From the IMG/VR virus record IMGVR_UViG_3300021364_000005: a stretch of 64,000 nt of DNA, one strand, 5' to 3'. The notes below the pieces were generated by a model, which saw only the letters and a list, made by a program, of their open reading frames with translations, searched no databases and was not told where the DNA came from. The translations under genes were made by a program, and so were the position numbers. The first letter of the stretch is position 1; the number at the start of each line of letters is the position of its first letter. This document shows positions 9,631-19,114 of the stretch, in pieces. This stretch comes from a virus. Taxonomy: Duplodnaviria > Caudoviricetes.

Positions 9631-11167
9631 TAGTATTGTAAATCATCATACCATTTTCGCCAGTCAGTGCATCTCTTGTAGTAGTATCCATATTTGCTAA
9701 TTTAGCATAGTTACCGAACGTTGTTCCTTGGTCTGGTTTAAATGTAGCAGCTATTGCTGTACTACCTGCTGCATCTGTTGTGTGTATTTCTACATTAGTT
9801 GGTACTACATTAGTGCTAACTGTTCCATCTACCTTAGCTACAATTTTTGCACTATCTATATAGTCAGTGCCGTCATGTCCTCTCCATTGGATTCTATGCA
9901 ATACGTCAGTGTCTTGTACTGCTGCTGGAGCGGTAGTTGTTCCTCTACTAAATGCAAGTCCTAGTCTTGGACCAACGCCAGGAAAGTTTGTTGCGCCAAT
10001 TGAATAGAAAGGCATTCCTGTTGGAGCTGATGTTATACCTGCATGAATACCAAAAGTTCTAAATGTTCCTGCACTGTCAATACTTGCTCGTGTAATTGGT
10101 GCACCTGAACTATTGTTAGTAACAAATTCAAGTAGGCCTGGTAATTGTTCGTCAGCTACTGTGCCGTCAGGGTCAACACTTGCTTTGATACTTGCGTTAG
10201 AACTTATATCATTACCGTCCCAGCCGCCAAAGATAATTTGTCCTGTTGCGTCACCTGCTTGTACAGGTGCCGGACTGTCTATAGTGCCTCTATTGAATAG
10301 TACACTTATAGTTGCTCCGCCGTTGTCATCATAGAATCTCTCAAAACGTCCAGCTGCAAAAGCATAGTTGTCTGCTTCACTTTTAACTAGTATTCTGTCT
10401 AATGTTGCTGTTCCTTTTACAGCTTCTGCTAGTAAACTACCCGCAACACCGTCTACTAGTAATGTGCTACCGTCTGAATAAACACTACCTGTTAAGTCGC
10501 CATCTACACTACCAGTTACATCTCCAGTTAAGTTACCAGTTACATTACCAGTTACAGAACCTGTATATTGAGCAGACGCTCCATCGGCACTTGGATTTAA
10601 AACTGTTACTAGACCGTCGTTAGATTTAACAGGACCTAGTAGTTCTCCAGTTACTGTTCCGTTAACATCACCTACTAAGTCACCTTGAAAGTTTGTTGAA
10701 ACAACATTTGTTGCAACAACATTACCTGTTAAATCACCAGTAACGTTACCTGTTAAGTCACCTATAAAATCGTTTGCTGTCATGGTTGACGCTGCCATTT
10801 CTAAATTGCCAGTATCTACCATTGTTGAGCTGTCGCTGCCTAAAATGTTTATTTCGTAAGAATTGCCTGCAACAACACCATCTCCTGTACCGCCTGATGG
10901 TGCCGGAACTGTTACCCATGCACTTTGTGATGCATTATATTGTAAGTACTCACCGTCGGCTACTGCTCCTGCTTCTACATCGGTAAGGTCTGTTAATACA
11001 GTAGCACCGCCACCGCCGCCACCTGTAGTATCAACTGCAACACCGCCTGCTGTTGTTCCGTCTCCTACAAATAATTTTTTGGTATCAGTTACATAAACTA
11101 ATTCACCTTCTGCTGGTGTAACTAGTAAACGTTCTGCGTCTGTTCCTCTTCTTAAGCGTAATGCCAT
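9578..11167 (-). CDS. Tail fibre-like structural protein
   Basis: N-terminal MALRLRRGT...EGELVYVTDTKKLFVGDG anchor motif typical of large myovirus fibres; GDLTG/GNVTG repeats; two RGT-x-xPxxVQxxD modules. Confidence 0.7.
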   Translation of the reverse strand: MALRLRRGTDAERLLVTPAEGELVYVTDTKKLFVGDGTTAGGVAVDTTGGGGGGATVLTDLTDVEAGAVADGEYLQYNASQSAWVTVPAPSGGTGDGVVAGNSYEINILGSDSSTMVDTGNLEMAASTMTANDFIGDLTGNVTGDLTGNVVATNVVSTNFQGDLVGDVNGTVTGELLGPVKSNDGLVTVLNPSADGASAQYTGSVTGNVTGNLTGDVTGSVDGDLTGSVYSDGSTLLVDGVAGSLLAEAVKGTATLDRILVKSEADNYAFAAGRFERFYDDNGGATISVLFNRGTIDSPAPVQAGDATGQIIFGGWDGNDISSNASIKASVDPDGTVADEQLPGLLEFVTNNSSGAPITRASIDSAGTFRTFGIHAGITSAPTGMPFYSIGATNFPGVGPRLGLAFSRGTTTAPAAVQDTDVLHRIQWRGHDGTDYIDSAKIVAKVDGTVSTNVVPTNVEIHTTDAAGSTAIAATFKPDQGTTFGNYAKLANMDTTTRDALTGENGMMIYNTTTNKVQAYANGVWVDLH

Positions 11168-11209
11168 GCTGACAACTCCTAAAATACATTCTATAATGTA
11201 TTTATGCCT

Positions 11210-11554
11210 TTATCTTCTTTTCTTCATGAATAAAGCAGTGCGTTTTTGTATATCTGCTTTAACCTTTTTAGTATCTAGTCTAAAGTCAACATTGTCGATA
11301 TTTTCTCCGTATTCATCAAAAAAATCACCAACAATGGTTTCTAAATCAGTTTTACCTTTGCGAGCTTTAGGACGTAAATCTACTTCCCAAATTTTGCCAT
11401 CTTTAAAACTGACTCGGATAGCAGCCAAGTACTCAAGGGGTACAACTTTAACGTCAATATCCTTGAGTACTTCTGGCCAATGCTGAACAACATCTTGGGG
11501 GAGTTTTCCTGTTTTTTTAGGCACTGCTCTTAGTTTTACGCTTTGTAGGAACAA
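11210..11554 (-). CDS. Hypothetical protein
   Basis: Fits the operon packing; start uncertain. Confidence 0.55.
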   Translation of the reverse strand: MFLQSVKLRAVPKKTGKLPQDVVQHWPEVLKDIDVKVVPLEYLAAIRVSFKDGKIWEVDLRPKARKGKTDLETIVGDFFDEYGENIDNVDFRLDTKKVKADIQKRTALFMKKRR

Positions 11555-12134
11555 GTTCTTCTGCTTGTTCTCTTAGCTTTTTAGCTTCCTTAAATAGGGC
11601 GTCTGCTTGCGAACGATACTGTGCGGCAAGATCTTCATCAGTTAATACACCGTCAGTACTAGGTTGTGCTTCGCTTACAGGTTGTTCTACTTTTTCTGGC
11701 TGTTCAGCTACAGATGGTTCTCCTAAATCTCTTTGTCTAGGGGCTTGCTCACTCATAGCAAGATCTTCAATTGAAATACCTTTTTGCTCAGCAATCAACC
11801 TGTTAAGTTCATCTAAACTTACACTTGTTTGTGTATTAGGTACCATTTCGATTTCACTTGTTTTCATTTTAACAAGTTTTTGGCTAGCATGAAAACGTGG
11901 CAGCATTCTACTACCATCATTTAAAAGTGCTCTATCCATTGCTTGGCCAAACTCTTGTGCAGTTTGACCTGCATTACTTTCAAGAAGATTAATCACAGCA
12001 TCATGATCTTCTGGTGAAAGATTTTCTGTTGGCAGTATTAAACAACTATTCGGATCGCCTGGAATAGTTCTAAATACTACTGCACATTTTCTCTGGTTGG
12101 ACTTAATACGTCCAACGTGATTGAGATTAGCCAT
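11517..12134 (-). CDS. Hypothetical protein with C-terminal coiled coil
   Basis: 205-aa ORF coupled to its neighbours. Confidence 0.7.
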   Translation of the reverse strand: MANLNHVGRIKSNQRKCAVVFRTIPGDPNSCLILPTENLSPEDHDAVINLLESNAGQTAQEFGQAMDRALLNDGSRMLPRFHASQKLVKMKTSEIEMVPNTQTSVSLDELNRLIAEQKGISIEDLAMSEQAPRQRDLGEPSVAEQPEKVEQPVSEAQPSTDGVLTDEDLAAQYRSQADALFKEAKKLREQAEELVPTKRKTKSSA

Positions 12135-12411
12135 TCACTGCTGCCTCAACTGCTGCGTCGGTAGTAGCTTCTGCTTGTGCTTCATTAGCTTGCTGTGATG
12201 CCGCAATGGCAGCTAAGAAGTTTTCTAGTTTGGTGTAGGTTTGTCCTACAACGGTCATTTCGTTTGGTTTAAATGCACCGCGTTGGCTTGCTACATCAAT
12301 AATAGTTTTTAATGCACTCAAGTCCTGTACTGTAAGATCTACAGGAGGAGCAGCAGCTTCTGTTGCTTGCTCGGTCTGAGGTGCTTGAGTTTCAGTTGTT
12401 TGTTCAGACAT
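12127..12411 (-). CDS. Small acidic hypothetical protein
   Basis: ATG at 12411 after AGGAGA SD; TAAATA upstream. Confidence 0.65.
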   Translation of the reverse strand: MSEQTTETQAPQTEQATEAAAPPVDLTVQDLSALKTIIDVASQRGAFKPNEMTVVGQTYTKLENFLAAIAASQQANEAQAEATTDAAVEAAVNG

Positions 12412-12450
12412 TATTTTATCTCCTTTGTGCAAATATTTATTGTGTCTAAA

Positions 12451-12747
12451 TTAGTTATACTTTAAAAGTGGACAAGCTAACATGAAATAACTAAGTTCTT
12501 TTTGATTTTCAAATCCAACTGTAAGTTTTGTTTGCATTGTTCCATCCTTTACTACGGTTCTTGGAGTAACAAAGTATCTACCTTTTAAGTTTGTATCAAT
12601 CCATCTTGTGATAGAATCTTGTAAGTTATACCTTTGTTCTAAATCAACAGTGTCAAAAAACTCCGGCAAGAAATCTACTTTCCTGTTACCGAATATATTT
12701 AATGGATTTGGTTCTTTAAGCCGCGTCATAGTGAACTGTCTGACCAA
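12451..12747 (-). CDS. Hypothetical protein
   Basis: 98-aa ORF in operon context. Confidence 0.6.
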   Translation of the reverse strand: MVRQFTMTRLKEPNPLNIFGNRKVDFLPEFFDTVDLEQRYNLQDSITRWIDTNLKGRYFVTPRTVVKDGTMQTKLTVGFENQKELSYFMLACPLLKYN

Positions 12748-14029
12748 ATGGTCCTTCTAAGTTTTTATCTCTGTTGCTGTGAATTAAAAATACTGTATCG
12801 CAGTAGTCTGGGTCACCCCATGAATCCCAAGCATACCCGTCTGTAAACATAATAAACTTTTTAGGTTGTATGTCTTGTTCTTTCATATAGTTCCAGTTGC
12901 ACATAAAATCAGTGCCGCCACCGCCATAAATTTCATAATCGGTTAACGTTTCTCCGCCGTCTGCTGTAAATGTTTGTTCGTTGTATACAGCAGTATCAAA
13001 ACACCATACAGTAATTTTGTAATCTTTGTATTCGTCCATAATGCCTTTAATTTCACTTAAGAAATCTTTAGCTTGTGCATCACCAATAGACCCGCTCATA
13101 TCAATACTAACACAAAGATCAATAGTGTCCTCAAAGTTCATACCTGGAAGTATTGCACCAGTATGCCATGCTTTGCGTGATGGGCGACTAAATGTATAAT
13201 CATTGCGTATTGTGCTTTGAATCTGTTGACGCAAAATTTCACGCCAATTCATTTTAGGCTCAGTAAGCTCTTTAATCATACGCTGTACTTCACCAGGCGT
13301 ATTGCCAGCACCTGCTGCCTGTGCAGCCTGCATTACACCTTCTTTAATTTCATCTTTAATTTTGCGAAGTTCTTCTTTAGAATACTTAGGTTTGCCTTTA
13401 GAAACAGCGTTGCCGTTGCTGTCAGTAGTTTCTTCACTACCGCCACCTTCGCCTTCGTCGTCTCCGTCTAGGTCTAGGTGCTCGTCTAACAGTTCACCTA
13501 ATTGCTTAAGGTATTCTTCACCATTCTTCTTTGCTTCTTCGTAAATGTCATCATACACATCTTCTGATGACCAGTTATCATATTTAAAGTCTTGGAAGCA
13601 ATCTACAAGTTTAGGTTTTTCACCAATACGATCACGTACAAGCAAGTTGTTTACAATATAGTCGGCAGCAATGTTATAGATAAGTGGTATTCTATCACCT
13701 CTACGTCCTAAATGATCAAATACGCAATGTAGGATTTCGTGTGCAATAACAAACTCAATTTCCTTGTTTGACATTGCATTAAAAAATTGTGTGTTGTAGT
13801 AAAGGTTACGCCCATCAACCGCCGCTGTAGGACACCAATCATCACCGCATACAATTCTAAGACGTGTAGCCATGTTACCAAAGAACGGATGTCGAAGCAA
13901 CAAACCAACTCGTGCAACGACAATTCTGTCTAAGACTTCTACACGCATTGCTTCTAATGCTTCTTGCGAAATATCCGGATCAGGTGTCCAGTGTTTCGTG
14001 CCCTCTAAGTTTCTCATTGGATATGCCAT
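12716..14029 (-). CDS. Metallopeptidase-like (HEXXH) plus VWA-domain protein (DUF2201-like), MoxR partner
   Basis: AHEILH Zn motif; MIDAS DMSGS; GGGGTDF; FTDG. Confidence 0.85.
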   Translation of the reverse strand: MAYPMRNLEGTKHWTPDPDISQEALEAMRVEVLDRIVVARVGLLLRHPFFGNMATRLRIVCGDDWCPTAAVDGRNLYYNTQFFNAMSNKEIEFVIAHEILHCVFDHLGRRGDRIPLIYNIAADYIVNNLLVRDRIGEKPKLVDCFQDFKYDNWSSEDVYDDIYEEAKKNGEEYLKQLGELLDEHLDLDGDDEGEGGGSEETTDSNGNAVSKGKPKYSKEELRKIKDEIKEGVMQAAQAAGAGNTPGEVQRMIKELTEPKMNWREILRQQIQSTIRNDYTFSRPSRKAWHTGAILPGMNFEDTIDLCVSIDMSGSIGDAQAKDFLSEIKGIMDEYKDYKITVWCFDTAVYNEQTFTADGGETLTDYEIYGGGGTDFMCNWNYMKEQDIQPKKFIMFTDGYAWDSWGDPDYCDTVFLIHSNRDKNLEGPFGQTVHYDAA

Positions 14030-14057
14030 GTTCTAACCCTTTTGCTACTATACTTAT

Positions 14058-14085
14058 ATTATATAGTCTTTCAATTAAAAGTCAA
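14058..14085 (-). promoter_or_regulatory. sigma70-type promoter for the VWA gene
   Basis: TTGACT-16-TATAAT. Confidence 0.7.
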
Positions 14086-14087
14086 GA

Positions 14088-14115
14088 GAAAATGGGTAGT
14101 TTCCTACCCATTTTC
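14088..14115 (-). terminator. Intrinsic terminator after the MoxR gene
   Basis: Perfect 12-bp stem GAAAATGGGTAG/CTACCCATTTTC, GAAA loop, followed by TCTT. Confidence 0.75.
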
Positions 14116-14119
14116 GATA

Positions 14120-15205
14120 TTAATCAGCTTGTGCGGCAGTAATATACTTGCCAAACCGATCATGGAACTCATCAAAGCATTCAACTTCATCAGGATCGAT
14201 TGGAAGTTGATATTGTGTAAGAGCAAGTTTGATACCCATTACAACAAGTTCGGTTTCAAAATTGTCCATTGCAAAGCGTAAGAAGTTGTTAACTTTATCG
14301 TCAAACTTCTTATCATTTGCATCACACGCTTCTTTTAGTTCATAGCAAAGACTCACAGTTAAGGAATACATGGCACTGATTTCTTTAGTACCGATCGTCT
14401 CTACTTTCCCGTCAAGGATGTCAGTTGGATTAGGCATACTGGCAGCAATTTTACGGTGAGCCATAAATTTAACTGCAAGTCCTTCACCGACTGCACCACT
14501 GACAAGATCTGTTGTTGTATTCTCATCATCATCGTCATCTAACAGTTCTGAAACAAACGACCAAGAACGAGGCGTTGCAAAAGAACGGCTTGGCGACTTA
14601 GGATCAAAGTCATACAAATCTTTTTTACTAAATGTCAAATAACCAACAACATCGTTGTGAATACGGTTATCAACTGCCCACTGAAACCAATCATCAAAGT
14701 TTACAGCAAGCTCTAAGTGTACAAAACGGTTAGCCAACGGAGCAGGCATACGATATGTTACACCTTTGTCAGCTTCGCGGTTACCAGCCGCAACAATAAG
14801 AACATTGTCTGGTAGTTTGTATTGACCAACCTTACGATTAAGAATTAGCTGATATGCAGCCGCTTGTACAGCAGGCGCAGCCGAATTCATTTCGTCTAAG
14901 AATAAAATAATCCATTTATGTTGTTTTGCAGTTTCTTCGTCTGGAAGTTCTGCAGGTGCAGCCCACACCATTTTATTATCGTTTGCGGCATAATAGGGGA
15001 TGCCTTTAATGTCTGTAGGTTCCCAAAGAGACAAACGAACATCAATTACAAGTGCTTCCATATCAACACCAATTTGATGAATAATGTCCGACTTACCAAT
15101 ACCTGGAGGACCCCAAAGAAACAGAGGACGCTTTTTCTTAAAAGCTCGTGTAATTGATTTTTTAGCCTGGTTAGGGCTTACAGTACGTAGTGCTACGCTT
15201 TCCAT
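14120..15205 (-). CDS. MoxR-like AAA+ ATPase
   Basis: Walker A GPPGIGKS; Walker B LFLDE; AAGN; ALANRF; TPRSW. Confidence 0.85.
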   Translation of the reverse strand: MESVALRTVSPNQAKKSITRAFKKKRPLFLWGPPGIGKSDIIHQIGVDMEALVIDVRLSLWEPTDIKGIPYYAANDNKMVWAAPAELPDEETAKQHKWIILFLDEMNSAAPAVQAAAYQLILNRKVGQYKLPDNVLIVAAGNREADKGVTYRMPAPLANRFVHLELAVNFDDWFQWAVDNRIHNDVVGYLTFSKKDLYDFDPKSPSRSFATPRSWSFVSELLDDDDDENTTTDLVSGAVGEGLAVKFMAHRKIAASMPNPTDILDGKVETIGTKEISAMYSLTVSLCYELKEACDANDKKFDDKVNNFLRFAMDNFETELVVMGIKLALTQYQLPIDPDEVECFDEFHDRFGKYITAAQAD

Positions 15206-15253
15206 TTTGTATTCCTTTTACTAGTGCCATTTGTTATTACTAACTATACATAT

Positions 15254-15282
15254 AATATAGCACCGCTTTAGTAAAAGGTCAA
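15254..15282 (-). promoter_or_regulatory. sigma70-type promoter for the MoxR gene
   Basis: TTGACC-17-TATATT. Confidence 0.7.
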
Positions 15283-15671
15283 CCTTTTTCTGCGTTTTTT
15301 TGTCGAGAAATTGCTTTTGTTAGTCCAAATTTTCTTACATCGCCACTAAAAAGACTAAGCTCTAATGCTTTCTTTTCGTTCGTTACACAAATACTTCTTG
15401 GACCTAAGTAATATGGACAGTCGATAAACTGATCTAACCATATAATTACATTTGTCGTAAACTCCATATCTTTGGGATATGGTACATCGTAAATCTTTAA
15501 GTCTAATTTTTCTACCAGAAAGTCATAGCCATCTTCTGTCAATCGAAGTCCACCGCTTTCCTTGTTTCTAGTATTTTTCCAAAGTCTGTGTAAGTAGTCT
15601 TTTACTGTAGCTTCATTTATAGAAATATCAGCTTGCTTCAGAAAAATTTTAGTATAAAGTTCTTTATTCAT
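15279..15671 (-). CDS. Hypothetical protein
   Basis: 130-aa ORF in operon. Confidence 0.65.
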   Translation of the reverse strand: MNKELYTKIFLKQADISINEATVKDYLHRLWKNTRNKESGGLRLTEDGYDFLVEKLDLKIYDVPYPKDMEFTTNVIIWLDQFIDCPYYLGPRSICVTNEKKALELSLFSGDVRKFGLTKAISRQKNAEKG

Positions 15672-15960
15672 TGTTTTCTGTCACTTTTTCGCCGTCTGTT
15701 AGTTTAACAACGCAAAACTGATCAGTATTAAATAATTCATTCAGTCTAGTAGCAAGATTAAATGCATGACCGGGATTAGAAAAACTAGTCTTCTTATACT
15801 TAGGTCCGGGGTAATTTGTTAATGCATTAGAACTTTTTAAATTAAATGGAGCATCATTATAAAATACAGCCCAAATAGAATCTGCCTCTAAAACTTGCTC
15901 CATTCTGTAAGTTTTTTTATTTATGTACTCTAAAATTACTTTGGGCTTAGGTCTGCTCAT
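15664..15960 (-). CDS. Hypothetical protein
   Basis: 98 aa; AAGGA SD and TAAATA upstream. Confidence 0.65.
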   Translation of the reverse strand: MSRPKPKVILEYINKKTYRMEQVLEADSIWAVFYNDAPFNLKSSNALTNYPGPKYKKTSFSNPGHAFNLATRLNELFNTDQFCVVKLTDGEKVTENNE

Positions 15961-15998
15961 ATACGTATCCTTTATATACGTATATATTTATCTCTTTT

Positions 15999-16241
15999 TT
16001 ACCAAGAATTCCCACCGTCAACGGAGATATTGACTACTTCGTTTTGTCCTGAATATTGCTTTTGAAGTAATTGTTCTAAGTCACCATTTAGTCTTGACAT
16101 AACTTCACCTAAAGTAAATGCTAAACCTTTTGCTTGTTGCATTGTAAGTTTAACTTCTTTGGCATTACTTGAATCTGCTGCCTTTACATTTTGAATAAAC
16201 GATGTTATAGGAAATGTATTAATTGGTTGATCTGACTGCAT
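15999..16241 (-). CDS. Hypothetical protein
   Basis: 80-aa ORF in operon. Confidence 0.6.
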   Translation of the reverse strand: MQSDQPINTFPITSFIQNVKAADSSNAKEVKLTMQQAKGLAFTLGEVMSRLNGDLEQLLQKQYSGQNEVVNISVDGGNSW

Positions 16242-16698
16242 ATGATAACTCCTCTCTCATTACACTAGATGTTTTAAAGGGTCCTTTATAATTATACTTT
16301 TGTAAAGTTACTAGTTTCGGACAGAAACTTTTAACCCAACCTTTATCAAATTGGATAATGTAATAACCAGCACAATACAGACTTTTAGATTTCTCACTTT
16401 TCGTAAATAAAGGAAGTTTGTTTTTTACATCATAAATGATATTATAAGGTGTAGTGCTTGTAGGGAAATCATATGCAATTTTATCTACTGACTCAGCATC
16501 ACTGACAGTGTTCTGTGACCATTGTATTTTTGTTCCAAGGTCTTTAGTAAGAGCATTTTTTGTAGGATAAAGTTTTGTACCTGTATCGCAAGTGTACATA
16601 TATTGTTCATCTGATACAGAAAGAGTACCGATATTACTACCGTTACTTTCTAATATCCAAAACTTGTTATCAATAATTGTTTTTGCTTTAATTGTCAT
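16219..16698 (-). CDS. Hypothetical protein
   Basis: Start moved to the ATG at 16698, which overlaps the RNase H stop (ATGA). Confidence 0.65.
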   Translation of the reverse strand: MTIKAKTIIDNKFWILESNGSNIGTLSVSDEQYMYTCDTGTKLYPTKNALTKDLGTKIQWSQNTVSDAESVDKIAYDFPTSTTPYNIIYDVKNKLPLFTKSEKSKSLYCAGYYIIQFDKGWVKSFCPKLVTLQKYNYKGPFKTSSVMREELSYAVRSTN

Positions 16699-17678
16699 AT
16701 AGGTAGCCTCGCTTGTAATGGTTCTGAAAATGTCTGTACTTGGTCTGCTACTCGTTGCATATCCCACTTAGCACAGAACTTTAATAACCGTACCCCTACG
16801 GTATTAATTTGTTTTTGTTCTACTTGATTGATAGTAGTATTAATTATCTCTCTAATATCTTCTGGTTGTGCTGTTAAGTCGCACAATGTTACATTGCGGT
16901 TGTAGTCGTCCAAAACACGGTGCTCAACGCCATTATGATCAACCCAACGCTGTAGCATAAGATTATTCCAGTTATAACCTTTCGTAGATTTATCTTCAAA
17001 TGCTTCAATTAGTCCTACCTTATTCTTTGTGCCTTTCTTACGTACACCAGGATATGCGGAGAACACATTATCACTTGTGTCGCCACGCATACACTTTTCA
17101 AATAACATCCATTCAGGATGCGGTGCAGGCTTAGGTTCTTTAGTTTTCTTATCAATAACCTCTTTGCCTTTGTCGTCAAAGTAACCTTCATGTGTAATAG
17201 TTGTGTTACTAACACCATTATATTGACGCACATTAGGTGCAATTAACTGTGCGAAGTCACCATCAGTTGAAATAATAACATGATTGTCATTAGGGTGTGT
17301 CTGCACCCATCCTGCAATAAGATCATCTGCTTCTAGCACCTTATTATGTAATACAGTGCAGTTAGTTTTTTCAGATACAAATGCTTTAAACTCGTCAAAT
17401 ACTTCAAAGAAAATTTTATCTTCTTCTGCTTCTCGTGGGCTCATAGCATCACGATGCTCTTTGCGGTTGCGTTTGTAAGGCTCATAATAGTCTTTACGCC
17501 AACTACGTCCTTCTAAGCAAAAAACAACATGATCAGCATTAAAGTCATTCCATGCTTTTCTGATACTCTGTAGAGTAACGTGTAATGCCATGCCTACTTT
17601 CGTGTCAATATCTCCACGCACTACATGACGGGCACGGAAAAACGTATTCATTGTGTCTACAAGTACATAAGTTGCCAT
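16695..17678 (-). CDS. rnh: T4-type RNase H / 5'-3' flap exonuclease
   Basis: VLVDTMN, EADDLIA, STDGDFAQL, GDTSDN acidic motifs. Confidence 0.9.
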   Translation of the reverse strand: MATYVLVDTMNTFFRARHVVRGDIDTKVGMALHVTLQSIRKAWNDFNADHVVFCLEGRSWRKDYYEPYKRNRKEHRDAMSPREAEEDKIFFEVFDEFKAFVSEKTNCTVLHNKVLEADDLIAGWVQTHPNDNHVIISTDGDFAQLIAPNVRQYNGVSNTTITHEGYFDDKGKEVIDKKTKEPKPAPHPEWMLFEKCMRGDTSDNVFSAYPGVRKKGTKNKVGLIEAFEDKSTKGYNWNNLMLQRWVDHNGVEHRVLDDYNRNVTLCDLTAQPEDIREIINTTINQVEQKQINTVGVRLLKFCAKWDMQRVADQVQTFSEPLQARLPI

Positions 17679-17728
17679 AATTATAACCTATCTATATTAA
17701 TTATATGTACTATTATTACATATATGTG

Positions 17729-18142
17729 TTAATTTGTCAAGCAAAATTCTTCCTCAATATACCGTTTTAGTTCATGATCCCCGACATTTTCAGGTAGTTC
17801 TTTTTTATAAAATAGTCTATAACTGTCTGATCCGTACTTACCAATTCCGTATAGTTCTGTTGCATCATTTCCGTCCCAGTCACCGAACTGTTCACTCATG
17901 CGATATAGTCTTTCTGCTCTTATCCTACGCATACCAAGTGGTGCAATTACTTCTTCAATCTCTTTGCGTGTTGCATAAAGCAATGCTTCATGGGTTGGCC
18001 AGCGTTTGAAAAATTTAGGAAGTACAGATTTAACTTGTTTTCTTCCAGTTTGGTTGAGACATATGACACCTACCATATGCTGCCATATGTTATCTACCTG
18101 TTGTTGTACCATTAAATCGTCACGCATGGTTTCCTCATACAT
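17729..18142 (-). CDS. MBD4-like HhH-GPD DNA glycosylase
   Basis: CLNQT...PLG...ELYGIGKYGSDSYRLF...DHEL closely follows the MBD4 glycosylase-domain motifs, including the catalytic Asp. Confidence 0.85.
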   Translation of the reverse strand: MYEETMRDDLMVQQQVDNIWQHMVGVICLNQTGRKQVKSVLPKFFKRWPTHEALLYATRKEIEEVIAPLGMRRIRAERLYRMSEQFGDWDGNDATELYGIGKYGSDSYRLFYKKELPENVGDHELKRYIEEEFCLTN

Positions 18143-18716
18143 AGCTAGTGTTGAAACTTATTACTTGTCTTTTCTCAGTGCTTGTTTCCATTTTAGTCTC
18201 ATGTTCTAACCAGCTAGGAAAGATGTAAAGCGTTAAAGGTTTTGGTTTGACATAGTGATAGTATGTATTATGTTCATTCTCGCCATCGAATAAGTCAAAC
18301 ATCCTGTAAGGTTTAAGAGGGCTATGAAACATCAGTTCGGCACTATCATCTGCGCCTTGCACATACAATGCACCACTGCATACACTTCCTTCGTGTCTAT
18401 GCGGCATCACTTTTGCACCTTTAGATGTTATGTTAGTCCAACAATTTGTAATGCCTAATTTGCGCAAGTTTAATAGTTTCTCGTATTCTGCAATACAAGT
18501 AAACAAAATATCACCTAACCAATCAAAACCTTCTGCATCAGTTAATAAATTTTGATACACAGCATAAGTGCTTACACCATCTCTTATTAAGTCGTGTGTC
18601 TCGCAAACTGATTCTAAATTTTTTAACTGTTCTATTTGGCTTTCATTTATAACTTCTTCTAAATTATATTCTAATATGCTAGTCGGAAAGACGCTATGTA
18701 AGCCAATTTGTATCAT
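18135..18716 (-). CDS. 2OG-Fe(II) oxygenase (TIGR02466-like)
   Basis: PHRH...SGALYV...IFPSWLEH...R-VISFN. Confidence 0.75.
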   Translation of the reverse strand: MIQIGLHSVFPTSILEYNLEEVINESQIEQLKNLESVCETHDLIRDGVSTYAVYQNLLTDAEGFDWLGDILFTCIAEYEKLLNLRKLGITNCWTNITSKGAKVMPHRHEGSVCSGALYVQGADDSAELMFHSPLKPYRMFDLFDGENEHNTYYHYVKPKPLTLYIFPSWLEHETKMETSTEKRQVISFNTSYV

Positions 18717-19114
18717 GAAACTTCGCTTTTGCCTTTATCAATTGGTACAACGTTAATAAACCCTGCACCTCTATCGGTGCTTTGTCCCTCTGCTTCTAAC
18801 ATATTGTAAACAATATCACGGAACCAACGATCCACAATTTCTTCTTCTGGATCACCTTCACTACCGTATCCTGCTGTCATTAGTTCTTGTATAAAATATT
18901 CATTCCAATCTAATTCAAAAAAGCCATTGCGAACATTTTCTTCGTTTACTTTAACATCAAGTACACTTACCCAAGGTTCTTTACGCTTTGTTGCATACGC
19001 TTTAGGATCTTTCTTTTTAAGAAGTTCAGCTTTTTCAGTTTCTATTTGTTTTTTTTCTGCTTCTAAACGCTCTTCTTCTTTTTTGTCTCTTACGAGTTTA
19101 TTCCACCAACCCAT
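18713..19114 (-). CDS. Hypothetical protein
   Basis: 133 aa, coupled start. Confidence 0.65.
   Translation of the reverse strand: MGWWNKLVRDKKEEERLEAEKKQIETEKAELLKKKDPKAYATKRKEPWVSVLDVKVNEENVRNGFFELDWNEYFIQELMTAGYGSEGDPEEEIVDRWFRDIVYNMLEAEGQSTDRGAGFINVVPIDKGKSEVS

Noticed and set aside
9578-11167. GxxTG/poly-Gly repeats as a mobile or regulatory repeat
   Set aside because: They are protein-level fibre repeats with divergent codons, not DNA tandem repeats.
17711-17740. sigma70 promoter for rnh
   Set aside because: TTGACA is perfect, but no TANNNT hexamer falls at 16-18 nt spacing. Plausible but not supported well enough to list.
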